Below, in pieces: positions 32,913 to 42,607 of a DNA stretch of 64,000 nucleotides. The position numbers and the translations under genes were made by a program. How positions within the stretch are numbered: position 1 is the first letter of the stretch; each line of letters opens with the position of its first letter. Origin of the DNA: Bryobacteraceae bacterium. GTDB taxonomy: Bacteria; Acidobacteriota; Terriglobia; Bryobacterales; Bryobacteraceae. The notes under the pieces are model-generated. The model worked only from the letters and a program-made list of their open reading frames with translations, searched no databases and was not told the origin of the DNA. Where the stretch lies: NCBI GenBank assembly GCA_035507655.1, contig DATJNW010000105.1:9660-73659 (forward strand). Reading direction: 5' to 3'.

Positions 32913-35303
32913 GTGGAAGTAATATCATTCCGCATTATTCGTTTATTGTCATCATTCGCGCTTACTTGCTGTCTTGCCGTCGCGCAGCCACAGGTATGGA
33001 TTGCCCCCGGCCTTCACCGGGTGGGTATGACGGACACTTCAAGCGGAGTCACTGAAGCGACTCTATATGGCGCCAGGGGCGCGACTGACGATTTTCAGAT
33101 TGTCCTTCCCGGAGGCAGCAGCGGATTCACCAACGCCAATGTCACCATCTCAAATCTGACTGGTCCGGGCACGATTCCGAGCAGCAGCTTTAATCTCTAT
33201 CGCGAACTCTATGTCGATGTCTCGCCCGGGAGTCCCAACTGGGGCGGATCCAATCAGCCACTCGGCCCAGGTTGGTATGACGACCCGTTGATTCCCTTCA
33301 CCAATCCCGCAACCGGAGCTTCGCTGTCCGGTTCCGGCGCAACTTATGTCGCGGCGCCATTCACGGCCACGGCCAATCAAAATACCAATATCTGGGTCGA
33401 CCTTTTGATCCCAACCAATGCCGCGGCGGGGCAATATACGGGGACTTACACGGTCACCACCAATCAGGGAAACTTCACCGGTGCGATCTCATTGACTGTG
33501 TGGAATTTCAGCATGCCCGCGAGTCCCTATCTGAAATCATCATTTCTGTTCTGGACCACAGGAACTACGGCATCGATCGAGGAGCTGGAGCGTCATCGCC
33601 TGATGCCGTCCTCTGAGTCGGCCAGCGATCAGTCGACCATGATCGCCGACTACGGGTTGAATCTGGTTGACGATGGCTTTTATAGTGGAGCGTCGGCCGG
33701 GAATTGCGTCATGTCTGCCGCGCCTTCCGTGAGTCAGTTCCAGGCTGCCGCCGCCGCCCAAGCTTCAGGACTCATGAATTATGATTACAGCGCCGATGAG
33801 ATCACCGGTTGCACGAACCTGTTTCCGACGTTAATCCAATGGGCTGCCAATATGCACGCGGCGGGAGTGGAAAACCTGGTCACGATGGCTCCGGATACGG
33901 CGCTTTTTAGCGACGGCACCGGTACCGGACGCTCTGCTGTCGATATCTGGGTGATGCTTCCCGAGGAATACAACGGCAGTACCTCGACCGTTGCCGCGGC
34001 TTTGGCCAAGGGCGACTCCGCCTGGTCCTATAACACGCTGGTTCAGGACGCCTACTCACCCAAGTGGGAAATCGACTTCGCTCCCGTGAATTTTCGTCTT
34101 CAACCCGGCTTTATCAGCCAGAGTCTCGGTCTGACCGGGTTACTGTACTGGCGTGTCGATGACTTTACTTCGAGTCCTTGGACGAATCCCAACACCACCG
34201 GTACTTTCAGCTCGAATAACTACCCCGGCGAAGGGATGCTACTCTATCCGGGAACGCAGGTGGGCTTGAGCCAGGACGTGCCGTCGATGCGGTTGAAGTG
34301 GCTTCGCGACGGCGTCGAAGATTACGATTACGTCCAGCTTCTTAAAAACGCCGGCAATTCCAGCCTGGCGATGCAAATCTCCCAGTCGGTCGGTCCGGAC
34401 TGGACCAATTGGACCCGTAACGAGAGCTCGGTGATTTCAGCTCGCGTTCAGGTCGGGCAGGCGATCAACTCAATCATGGGCGGCGCCAGTTCCGGCTCTG
34501 GCGCCACCACCACGGATCCGCCGCCGGCCGTGACGGCTCCGGCCGCTCCTTCGAATGCTTCGCCCTCCACCGGCGCGACCAGCGTTGCCGTGAATCCCAC
34601 GCTGAGCTGGGGCGCGGCGAGCGGCGCTACCTCTTATAATGTCTACTTCGGTACGTCCTCTTCGCCGTCCGAAGTCACTACGACCACCGGAACCAGCTAT
34701 ACCCCGTCGGCTTTGAGCAATGGCACGACTTACTACTGGCAGATCGCCGCGACCAACTCCGGCGGATCTACTTCGTCACCCGTCTGGTCCTTTACCACCG
34801 TAGCTGCGGCAACTTCTTCGCCGGCTCCGGCGCCGGCTCCCCCGCCAACCACGGCCAAAGTAACCGCAGGCACGGTGAGTCCCGCTTCCTGGACTGGCTG
34901 GGGGCATAACTTCACGTTCACTTATTCTGATTCCACCGGTTATCAGAACCTGGTGGGCGGCAGTGCTATGATCGCTTCCACCTTCAATGGCGTAGGTGCG
35001 TGCTGGGTTTATTACAACCAGTCGGCGCAAACGATCATGCTGGCGAGCAACAACACTGCCAGCTGGTCCTCCATGCCGATCAGTCCCGCGGGAGTCATCT
35101 CATCGCAGACTCTCTCCAACAGCCAGTGCACGGTGTGGAGCGCCTGGGCGTCCGGCTCGGGAGATGTCCTCACGGTAACGGTTACCTTGGGCTTCAATAG
35201 TTCCTTCGCTGGGGATAAAACGGTGTGGCTATATACGGCCGATAAGTCCGGCTTGTCGAGCGGCTATCAAGCCAAAGGAAGTTGGGATATCGTTCCGCAG
35301 TAG
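32913..35303 (+). CDS. exported multidomain protein: DUF4091-like glycoside-hydrolase-related domain, FN3-like module and an unknown C-terminal beta domain
   Basis: 796 aa. GTG start with a GGAGG RBS and a signal peptide. The motif LYWRVDDF..EGMLLYPG..PSMRLKWLRDGVEDYDYVQLL resembles DUF4091. LSWGAASGATSYNVYFGTSSSP..GTTYYWQIAATNSGGSTSSPVWSFTT is FN3-like. Confidence 0.7.
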   Translation: MEVISFRIIRLLSSFALTCCLAVAQPQVWIAPGLHRVGMTDTSSGVTEATLYGARGATDDFQIVLPGGSSGFTNANVTISNLTGPGTIPSSSFNLYRELYVDVSPGSPNWGGSNQPLGPGWYDDPLIPFTNPATGASLSGSGATYVAAPFTATANQNTNIWVDLLIPTNAAAGQYTGTYTVTTNQGNFTGAISLTVWNFSMPASPYLKSSFLFWTTGTTASIEELERHRLMPSSESASDQSTMIADYGLNLVDDGFYSGASAGNCVMSAAPSVSQFQAAAAAQASGLMNYDYSADEITGCTNLFPTLIQWAANMHAAGVENLVTMAPDTALFSDGTGTGRSAVDIWVMLPEEYNGSTSTVAAALAKGDSAWSYNTLVQDAYSPKWEIDFAPVNFRLQPGFISQSLGLTGLLYWRVDDFTSSPWTNPNTTGTFSSNNYPGEGMLLYPGTQVGLSQDVPSMRLKWLRDGVEDYDYVQLLKNAGNSSLAMQISQSVGPDWTNWTRNESSVISARVQVGQAINSIMGGASSGSGATTTDPPPAVTAPAAPSNASPSTGATSVAVNPTLSWGAASGATSYNVYFGTSSSPSEVTTTTGTSYTPSALSNGTTYYWQIAATNSGGSTSSPVWSFTTVAAATSSPAPAPAPPPTTAKVTAGTVSPASWTGWGHNFTFTYSDSTGYQNLVGGSAMIASTFNGVGACWVYYNQSAQTIMLASNNTASWSSMPISPAGVISSQTLSNSQCTVWSAWASGSGDVLTVTVTLGFNSSFAGDKTVWLYTADKSGLSSGYQAKGSWDIVPQ

Positions 35304-35322
35304 TTGAATCTTTTCTCGCGCT

Positions 35323-35371
35323 TTACGCCCCGCCGCCAGTTGCAATCTGGCTGCGGGGCGTAAGCATTTTT
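35323..35371 (+). terminator. rho-independent terminator
   Basis: 17-bp stem (TTACGCCCCGCCGCCAG / CTGGCTGCGGGGCGTAA, one mismatch), 7-nt loop, followed by GCATTTTT. Starts 20 nt after the stop at 35303. Confidence 0.7.
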
Positions 35372-35558
35372 CTCCTCCTGAAGAACGCCGCTGCCAGCAT
35401 GCGCGGACGCTTATCCACAATGTCGCGGGCGTGGCCTCGGACACTCATGCGCGACGATCTCTAGCCGAGCCATCCTTTCGTCTCATTTTCTCTGTAGGAC
35501 AAATATGGACAAAAGGGGAAAGCATATGTTACCGTTTTACAGTTAGGCGATCTGTAAA

Positions 35559-35993
35559 ATGTCGACTCGTTCCTTCCGTCTTTTGCTTGTCGAAGATAAC
35601 ACCGCTGACGTAATTCTGATCGAAAAAGCGCTTCGCAGTTACCAGCTTCCAGTTGAGGTGACCGTTTGTGGAGATGGCGAAAGTGCGATCCGCCTGATCG
35701 ATTCGCCAGAGGCGAGCGTCCCGGACGCGATGATCCTGGACCTTTCGGTTCCCCGCGTACCCGGGCTCGATGTGTTGCGCAACGTGCTGAGCCGGCCGAG
35801 ATTTGCCGGTACTCCCGTGATGGTTTTTACCTCGTCCCCGTCGCCCGCCGATAAACATCGTGTTCAATTGCTCGGCAGTGTGCGTTATGTGCAGAAGCCG
35901 AGTGGCCTGGATAATTTTCTGCGAACCGTGGCAGAAAATGTGAAATCGATGCTCGAAGCGCCGCGCCCAAACGCTTTCTCGGCGGGGCATTAA
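35559..35993 (+). CDS. single-domain response regulator (CheY-like receiver)
   Basis: 144 aa. Contains LLLVEDNTADVILIEKAL..DAMILDLSVPRVPGLDVL..VMVFTSS..YVQKP. Confidence 0.85.
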   Translation: MSTRSFRLLLVEDNTADVILIEKALRSYQLPVEVTVCGDGESAIRLIDSPEASVPDAMILDLSVPRVPGLDVLRNVLSRPRFAGTPVMVFTSSPSPADKHRVQLLGSVRYVQKPSGLDNFLRTVAENVKSMLEAPRPNAFSAGH

Positions 35994-36041
35994 AATTCAC
36001 CCTCTTTGGCTTGCGGCGGACCGCTGTTCGAGGTTTCAAGA

Positions 36042-38933
36042 ATGCAGACCAAGTCACACTTCCCCCAGTTCAAGCAGAATACGGCGATGCTGGGGATTGC
36101 CGCCTCGGTTCTCATGGCGATCATCGCCGTCTGCTACGCGCAGTGGAGGCGTTACGACCGCGCCAATCGAGAAGCGGCCCTGACCAGCGACGCCGTGGAT
36201 TCAGTGAGCCGGCTTTTTTCCGACCTGCTGGATGCGGAAAGCGCCCAGCGCGGCTTCGTGCTCACCGGCGAGAACCGCTTTCTCCAACCGTACGATCAAG
36301 CCGTTCAGGAAATCCCCCGGGAGCTCCGGACCGTCAGGGGCCTGGTCGCGGTGCGGCAAGGCGAATCCGGAATCATCGCGCAACTGAATCAGTTGGTCGA
36401 ACAGAGGCTGGCCGAGTTTCGCCGCCGGATTGATGTGCGGCGTACTCAGGGCGCCGCGGTGGCGGCGGCCGTGGTGCTGACGAACGAAGCGCAGCAGACG
36501 ATGCAGCAGATTCGCAGCGTGTGCGACGAAATCCAGCGCCGGGAGCGTTCCGCGCAGCGGCAGGCTTCGCTCGATGGCGAGGCGGCCGCGCAAATCGCGC
36601 TGCTGATCACCGTGGCGGGATCGCTGATCCTACTGTTCTTTTTCGCCATCGGGTTCGAGCCGTTCCTGACCCGCGGCTCCGGGCCTCGGGACCGGCGCTG
36701 GTTTCTGCGCTACGGAGCGGCGGTTGTCACGGTTACAGCGGCGACCCTGCTGCGCATGGCCCTGGTTCCGCTGGTGGGAAGCGGCACCAATTCGATCCCC
36801 TTCGTCATTTTTTTCCCCGCGATTCTGTTCGCGGCTTGGTATGGCGGGTTTCGCGCCGGCACGTTGGCGCTTCTCCTTTCTACTTTCGCCTCGGATTATT
36901 TCTTTCTGGCGCCGGAGGGAAAGTTCGACATCCGCGGACCGGACGAGCTGATTTCCCTGCTGATCTTCGTCACCGTCGGTTTCGGAATTGCGTTTATGAG
37001 CGATTCGCAGAGGCGCGCCGTGGCGCGAGCCGAGATCGCCGAGGACGCGGAAAGACACGAACGCCAAAGATTCGAGACGACACTCGCAAGCATTGGCGAC
37101 GCCGTGATCGCCACCGACGCCGAAGGACGCGTTACCTTCGCGAATAAAGTGGCGTTGCACCTGGCCGCCTGGTCCGAGACGGAAATCGCCGGCCAGCATC
37201 TCGATGAAGTCTTTCGGATCGTCAACGAATACAGCCGCCAGAAAGTGGAAAGCCCCGTCGCCAGGGTTCTGCGCGAGGGCGCCATTGTCGGGCTGGCGAA
37301 TCATACGGTGCTGCTGGCGCGAGACGGAACGGAAGTCCCCATCGACGACAGCGCCGCTCCCATTCGCAATCGCAGCGGCGCGATTCAGGGCACGGTACTG
37401 GTGTTTCGCGACATCACCGAACGGCGGCGCGCGGAAGCCGCGCGCAACCTTCTTTCCTCGATGGTCGAGTCGTCGGGCGACGCGATCTTCAGCAACGATT
37501 TGAACGGAATCGTAACCAGCTGGAACCAGGCAGCCGAGCGAATCTTCGGGTACTCGGCCGGGGAGATGATCGGAAAGCCGATCTCGTTGCTGAACCCACC
37601 GGGGGAGCCGGACGACACCGCGCAAATCCTGGAGCAAATCCGGCGCGGCGAGCGGATCGAGCAGCATCAGACCCTCCGCCGCACCAGGGACCACAACGTG
37701 ATTCACGCGTCGGTGACGATCTCGCCGATTTACGACGCCTCCGGGGCGGTCACCGGAGCATCCAGGATCACGCGCGATATCACCGCGGAGGTGCAGGCCA
37801 AGGAAGACCTCGCCGAAGAACGCGAGCGGCTGCGTGTAACGCTGAACAGCATCGGTGACGCGGTCATCACCACGGACCATCATGGAAGGGTCACCTACCT
37901 GAATCCGGTCGCCGAGAACCTGACCGGCTGGCCCGGTAGGGATGCCGCCGGAAAACCGCTCGACGAGATTTTCCGCATCGTCGGGGAGGAGACACGCGAG
38001 GTGGTGGAGAACCCGGCGTTGCGGGTGTTGAAGGAGCGACGGATGGTCGGGCTGGCGAACCATACCGTGCTGATCGCGAGTAATGGGTGCGAGTCCGCTA
38101 TCGACGATAGCGCTGCGCCGATTCGCAATTCGCGCGGAGAAATCATCGGCGTCGTGCTCATCTTCCGGGATATTACGGAGCGGCGCGCCTCGGAAAAGCA
38201 GTTGCTGGCGCAAACTTCGGAATTGCGCCGCGCCAATGAAGAATTGAGCCAGTTCGCCTACGTCGTGTCGCACGATTTGCGCGAGCCGCTACGAACCGTG
38301 GTCAATTTTTCCGAACTGCTCGTCCGCGAACAGGCAATCGCGCCCGGCTCTGACGCGGCGACCTACGCGAAATTCATTCTGGACAGCGTTCATCGGATGG
38401 AAGTGCTGCTGAACGATCTGCTGGCTTATAGCCAGCTTGGCGGACCGCACGAGCAGCCCCATTGCCGGATCGACATGAACCGGATTGTGGAAGAGGTGCG
38501 GAGAAACCTGGAAGCGATGATCGCCGAAACGGGCGCGGAAGTGGTTGCCGACGAGCTGCCCGAGGTATTCGGATACGAAACCCAGCTCTTGGAAGTGCTC
38601 CAGAATCTGATCAGCAATGCGATCAAGTACCGCTCCGATCGCCCGCCGCGAATTCAGATTTCTGCCTGGCGAGAAGAGAGCGACTGGGTGTTCAGCGTCC
38701 GCGACAACGGAATCGGAATTGCGCCGGAGTATCGGCAGATGATCTTCGGGGTCTTCAAGCGTTTGCATGGACGCGAAGTCCCCGGCACCGGGATCGGCTT
38801 GGCGATTTGCAGCAAGGTGGTCGAGCGCCACGGAGGCAAGATCTGGGTCGAATCCGAGCCTGGAGAAGGCGCCGAGTTTTTCTTCACCATGCCGGTCAAT
38901 CTCGCGGGCCGCGCGGCAAGCTCTCAATCGTGA
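36042..38933 (+). CDS. hybrid-architecture sensor histidine kinase (CHASE3, DUF4118-like membrane domain, four PAS domains, HisKA, HATPase_c)
   Basis: CHASE3-like LLDAESAQRGFVLTGENRFLQPY. Repeated PAS blocks (SIGDAVIATDAEGRVTFAN / SIGDAVITTDHHGRVTYLN). H-box FAYVVSHDLREPLR. G-boxes DNGIGI and GTGIGLAI. Confidence 0.9.
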   Translation: MQTKSHFPQFKQNTAMLGIAASVLMAIIAVCYAQWRRYDRANREAALTSDAVDSVSRLFSDLLDAESAQRGFVLTGENRFLQPYDQAVQEIPRELRTVRGLVAVRQGESGIIAQLNQLVEQRLAEFRRRIDVRRTQGAAVAAAVVLTNEAQQTMQQIRSVCDEIQRRERSAQRQASLDGEAAAQIALLITVAGSLILLFFFAIGFEPFLTRGSGPRDRRWFLRYGAAVVTVTAATLLRMALVPLVGSGTNSIPFVIFFPAILFAAWYGGFRAGTLALLLSTFASDYFFLAPEGKFDIRGPDELISLLIFVTVGFGIAFMSDSQRRAVARAEIAEDAERHERQRFETTLASIGDAVIATDAEGRVTFANKVALHLAAWSETEIAGQHLDEVFRIVNEYSRQKVESPVARVLREGAIVGLANHTVLLARDGTEVPIDDSAAPIRNRSGAIQGTVLVFRDITERRRAEAARNLLSSMVESSGDAIFSNDLNGIVTSWNQAAERIFGYSAGEMIGKPISLLNPPGEPDDTAQILEQIRRGERIEQHQTLRRTRDHNVIHASVTISPIYDASGAVTGASRITRDITAEVQAKEDLAEERERLRVTLNSIGDAVITTDHHGRVTYLNPVAENLTGWPGRDAAGKPLDEIFRIVGEETREVVENPALRVLKERRMVGLANHTVLIASNGCESAIDDSAAPIRNSRGEIIGVVLIFRDITERRASEKQLLAQTSELRRANEELSQFAYVVSHDLREPLRTVVNFSELLVREQAIAPGSDAATYAKFILDSVHRMEVLLNDLLAYSQLGGPHEQPHCRIDMNRIVEEVRRNLEAMIAETGAEVVADELPEVFGYETQLLEVLQNLISNAIKYRSDRPPRIQISAWREESDWVFSVRDNGIGIAPEYRQMIFGVFKRLHGREVPGTGIGLAICSKVVERHGGKIWVESEPGEGAEFFFTMPVNLAGRAASSQS

Positions 38934-39040
38934 TGCGCTCCGTACCCGATGCAGCGATTGCAGATCGAGTTGATCCGTGGTCTTGATCGGCACGGAATCG
39001 CAAGCCTGGCGTTTTACTTGCTTCGCGCATCCGAAAAGGC

Positions 39041-39126
39041 TCTAGCAGGACGCTGCGGACGGCCATGGTCGCACGCGGCAGGAATAACTTACAAGCGGGG
39101 ACGGAGTAGTCTCAGCACCCTGTTAG
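39041..39126. repeat. MITE-like palindromic repeat, copy 1 (degenerate)
   Basis: Ends TCTAGCAGGACGCTG ... CAGCACCCTGTTAG form imperfect inverted repeats. The interior (ACGGCCATGGTCGCACGCGGCAGGAATAACTTACAAGCGGGGACGGAGTAGTCT) matches the reverse complement of 52003-52051 and parts of 51931-51957. Confidence 0.5.
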
Positions 39127-39195
39127 GGACGCACGTACTCTACGGCGCAGAATTATTCACTTTGACGAAACGAACGAGCATGGTACACTCCTGCG

Positions 39196-41484
39196 ATGGT
39201 GGCTATCATGAGCCGCAACAAGTGGGTGCAGTTAGCGGCAGGCGTAACAATCGCGGCCGGCGCCGGCTTCCTCACGTGGCGGGAATGGACCGGCACCCGT
39301 GTGTCGAAACTACCAGAATCGGGTTACGTAAACCCGGCCGCGTGCGCCGGTTGTCACTCTGAAGTTTTCAAATCCTACCGTCTTACCGGAATGGGTCAGT
39401 CTCTTTACCGTCCCACACCAGAAAATATGGTTGAGGACTTCAAGATTCATAACACCCTCTATAACCGGACGTCGGATCGCTACTACACCATGATCGAACG
39501 CGATGGCAGGTTTTACGAGCGCCGCCATCAAATCGGCTACGACGGTAATAAGGTTAACGTTATCGAGAAACGGATTGACTATGTCATGGGTTCGGGCAAC
39601 CACGTACGGAGTTATCTGAGTCGCACCGCGCAGGGTACTCTGGTGGAGCTTCCAGTGAGCTGGTATGCAGAGAACGGCGGTTACTGGGCGATGAGTCCAG
39701 GCTATGATCGCGCCGACCAGGACGACTTCCGCCGAACCATCGTCAGCGAGTGCATGTTTTGCCACACGGCCTATCCAGTTCCTGATCAGGGCGCCAATTT
39801 AACCACCGATGAGCCTCTTTTCGGTGACCACATTCCGGAAGGGATTGATTGCCAGCGCTGCCATGGTCCCGGCCGCGCTCACGTCGAAGCAGCCTCCTCC
39901 GGTCACGCCACCATCGAATCCATTCGTGCCGCCATCGTCAATCCGGCCAGGCTTAGCCGGGACCGCCAACTGGAGGTGTGCATGCAGTGCCATCTTGAAA
40001 CCACCCATTTCCCGCTGCCAGGCCAACTCCTTCGCTACTCTCGGCAACCTTTCTCCTACCGCCCGGGCGAACCGTTGGAAGACTACGAATTGTTCTTCGA
40101 CCACGCGTCCGGCACGGGGCATGACGATAAGTTCGAGATTGTGAGTGCCGCGTACCGGTTACGCAGGTCGGCGTGCTTTCAATCCAGCCAGATGACATGC
40201 ACCACGTGTCACAATCCACACTCAGTTCTACGTCCGGAACAGGCCGCGGCGCATTACTCCGCGGTGTGCCGCAACTGCCATCCGTCGGTCCACCAATCCA
40301 CGATGCCCGAATCCGCGAGCTCCTGCGTCGATTGTCACATGGCCAAGCGGCGGCCCGAAGATGTCGTGCATACCGTCATTACCGATCATTATATTCAGCG
40401 GCACAAACCCGCTCGCGACCCTTTGAAACCCATACAGGAAGCGGATTTTGCGTCTGCGGCCAACTACCAGGGCGAAGTGGTTCCCTATTATCCCCCCGGT
40501 CTCCCGCGAACTCATGAAGACGAGCTGTACATTGACGTGGCCCAGGTTTACTATGGCAGTAACTTGAAATTCGGGATTCTCCGCCTCAAACAGGACCTTA
40601 TTAAGTACAAGCCGGATCACCCGGAGTTCTATGTCGCTCTCGGAGACGCGGAACTTAAGGTGAAGAATTACGGCGACGCCATTGACTGGTTCGACGAGGC
40701 TCTTCGTCGACGCCCCGATTTTGTTCCGGCATTGGAGGAATTAGGCGGCGCCTTTATCGCCGCAGGAAAGCGGGACGAGGCGATCGAGGTGCTCGAAAAG
40801 GCTGCCTTATCCCCGTCGGCGCGTACCGCGGTCTTCACCAATCTCGGCGGTGTCTACCTCGCTACTGGAAATCTGGAGAAAGCCACGCAGGTTTTGCGGA
40901 AGGTCTTGCACATGAATCCCGATCTGCCTGAGGCCCACAATTTTCTCGGACTCGTCATGCTTGAGCAGCACGACCTGTCCGCCGCCGAGAAAGAATTTCG
41001 CGAAGCCATTTCGATACAACCCGACCTTGCCGAGGCGCAGTACAATCTCGGCAACGTCCTCGCTGCCGCGTCCGACAGCTCCGAAGCCGCGTACCATTTC
41101 GAAAAGGCGATAGCCGCGAGAGCTGACTACGCCGTCGCCCACCATCATCTCGGAGTTTTGCTGGCCCAAATGGGATCTAATCGAAAAGCTCTGACCGAGT
41201 TGGAGGATGCCGTACGATTAGATCCCAATTCTGCCGAAGCTTACAGCGATCTGGCAAGCGTTCTAGTGGCTGACGGCCGTCCGCAAGGTGCGGCCGATGC
41301 GTATCGGAAGGCCATTGGGCTAAACGATCAATTTTATGAAGCTCACCTCGGCCTTGCGCAGATTCTGGCGCAACAAGGGAGTTTTTCGGAAGCGCGAACC
41401 CAATTTGAAGAAGCGAGCCAAAGTCCGGACCCGCTGATCAGGAGCGCTGCACAAAAAGGCTTAATGCTGACTCGGGCGCGGTAA
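39196..41484 (+). CDS. heptaheme c-type cytochrome fused to TPR repeats (membrane-anchored or exported)
   Basis: 762 aa. Seven CXXCH motifs (CAGCH, CMFCH, CQRCH, CMQCH, CTTCH, CRNCH, CVDCH), an N-terminal hydrophobic segment, and a C-terminal half made of TPR repeats. Paralog of 45884-48157. Confidence 0.85.
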   Translation: MVAIMSRNKWVQLAAGVTIAAGAGFLTWREWTGTRVSKLPESGYVNPAACAGCHSEVFKSYRLTGMGQSLYRPTPENMVEDFKIHNTLYNRTSDRYYTMIERDGRFYERRHQIGYDGNKVNVIEKRIDYVMGSGNHVRSYLSRTAQGTLVELPVSWYAENGGYWAMSPGYDRADQDDFRRTIVSECMFCHTAYPVPDQGANLTTDEPLFGDHIPEGIDCQRCHGPGRAHVEAASSGHATIESIRAAIVNPARLSRDRQLEVCMQCHLETTHFPLPGQLLRYSRQPFSYRPGEPLEDYELFFDHASGTGHDDKFEIVSAAYRLRRSACFQSSQMTCTTCHNPHSVLRPEQAAAHYSAVCRNCHPSVHQSTMPESASSCVDCHMAKRRPEDVVHTVITDHYIQRHKPARDPLKPIQEADFASAANYQGEVVPYYPPGLPRTHEDELYIDVAQVYYGSNLKFGILRLKQDLIKYKPDHPEFYVALGDAELKVKNYGDAIDWFDEALRRRPDFVPALEELGGAFIAAGKRDEAIEVLEKAALSPSARTAVFTNLGGVYLATGNLEKATQVLRKVLHMNPDLPEAHNFLGLVMLEQHDLSAAEKEFREAISIQPDLAEAQYNLGNVLAAASDSSEAAYHFEKAIAARADYAVAHHHLGVLLAQMGSNRKALTELEDAVRLDPNSAEAYSDLASVLVADGRPQGAADAYRKAIGLNDQFYEAHLGLAQILAQQGSFSEARTQFEEASQSPDPLIRSAAQKGLMLTRAR

Positions 41485-41534
41485 GGTGCCAGCAACCCAG
41501 GTGCCTCTATGCAACCGCAAGCTCCGAGGGGATT

Positions 41535-42581
41535 TTACTTTTTCGGAGCATAAGGACCGACTTCGGGTTTTCCCTGCGTGTCCTTCAACGGGCCGAGCTC
41601 AACCGAAACGCCGCGGCCAACCGCCACAGGTTCGCTTCCGCTCTGGAAGCAGGTGAAATCGGGCCGGTCCCGCCAGGCGAACGGACCACAAAGCCGCTTA
41701 CCCGCGCCGATCGCTGCATCATGCACAATGTTGATCAACCGCTCATAGTCCGGAGTGCCGCGCGCGTAGCCGGAGAAGTTTCCGAGATCCGTGCTGGCCG
41801 CGAAAACGGCTGTGACTCCGGGGATCGCGGCGATTTCGCGGGCGTCCTTCGCGCCGTCCAGCGTTTCGATCATCTCGATCAGGACCACGTTCTTATTCCA
41901 GGTCTCGCGATATCCGCCGGGAACGCTGCCCCAGAATTCGGCGCTAAAAGCGGGCCCACCCCCGCGGCTGCGCCCGCCGAGCGGCGGAAACATGGTCCAG
42001 TTACGCGCCTCTGTTCCCTCCGCCAGCGAACGAACCGTGGGAACCACCACCACCAGCGCGCCCAGGTCCGCCGCGTGCTGGATTTCGCGCTCATTGGTGT
42101 AGGCCACCCGAACGCCGGGTACGGCTTGGGCGTGCGGGCAAGCCGCCCACATGCGCCCCACCGCTTCCCAGTCGCGCGAGTCGTGTTGCATTTCGGTCCA
42201 GATGAAATCGTAACCGGCATTGGCCATCGCGCAATACGTCTCCGGACTATCGGAGCTGAATACCGTCCCGCCGGTGACTTTTTCCCCTTTCATCATTTTG
42301 ATCATCACCGGGTTCCAGATCTTGGCGCCGTTCGGCGCATCCCAGGCGTGTCCGTATTTCCATCGCGAAGGATCGAGCGTACCTCGATTCACGGCCTTAG
42401 CCGGCGCCTTCGAGATTGCACCGGAGTCCTTGCCGGCCGGCGCCGCCAGCGGAAATTTAAGAGTTCCCGCATCGGGATTATAAGCGTAGGGGTCCGCAAC
42501 CGCAGGCCTTTGACCTTGCGCCTCACAACACAAAGACCCGAGCACCACGTACAGTACGACCACCACAGATCGACAATTCAT
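41535..42581 (-). CDS. exported HpcH/HpaI-family (class II pyruvate) aldolase homologue
   Basis: 348 aa. Signal peptide MNCRSVVVVLYVVLGSLCCEAQG. Contains YDFIWTEMQH, VPGVRVAY, VVLIEMIET and AASTDLGNFSG, which correspond to the family's TIM-barrel metal and substrate motifs. Confidence 0.75.
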   Translation of the reverse strand: MNCRSVVVVLYVVLGSLCCEAQGQRPAVADPYAYNPDAGTLKFPLAAPAGKDSGAISKAPAKAVNRGTLDPSRWKYGHAWDAPNGAKIWNPVMIKMMKGEKVTGGTVFSSDSPETYCAMANAGYDFIWTEMQHDSRDWEAVGRMWAACPHAQAVPGVRVAYTNEREIQHAADLGALVVVVPTVRSLAEGTEARNWTMFPPLGGRSRGGGPAFSAEFWGSVPGGYRETWNKNVVLIEMIETLDGAKDAREIAAIPGVTAVFAASTDLGNFSGYARGTPDYERLINIVHDAAIGAGKRLCGPFAWRDRPDFTCFQSGSEPVAVGRGVSVELGPLKDTQGKPEVGPYAPKK

Positions 42582-42607
42582 TTCGACTCCTCGCTGGCCA
42601 GGTCTCG

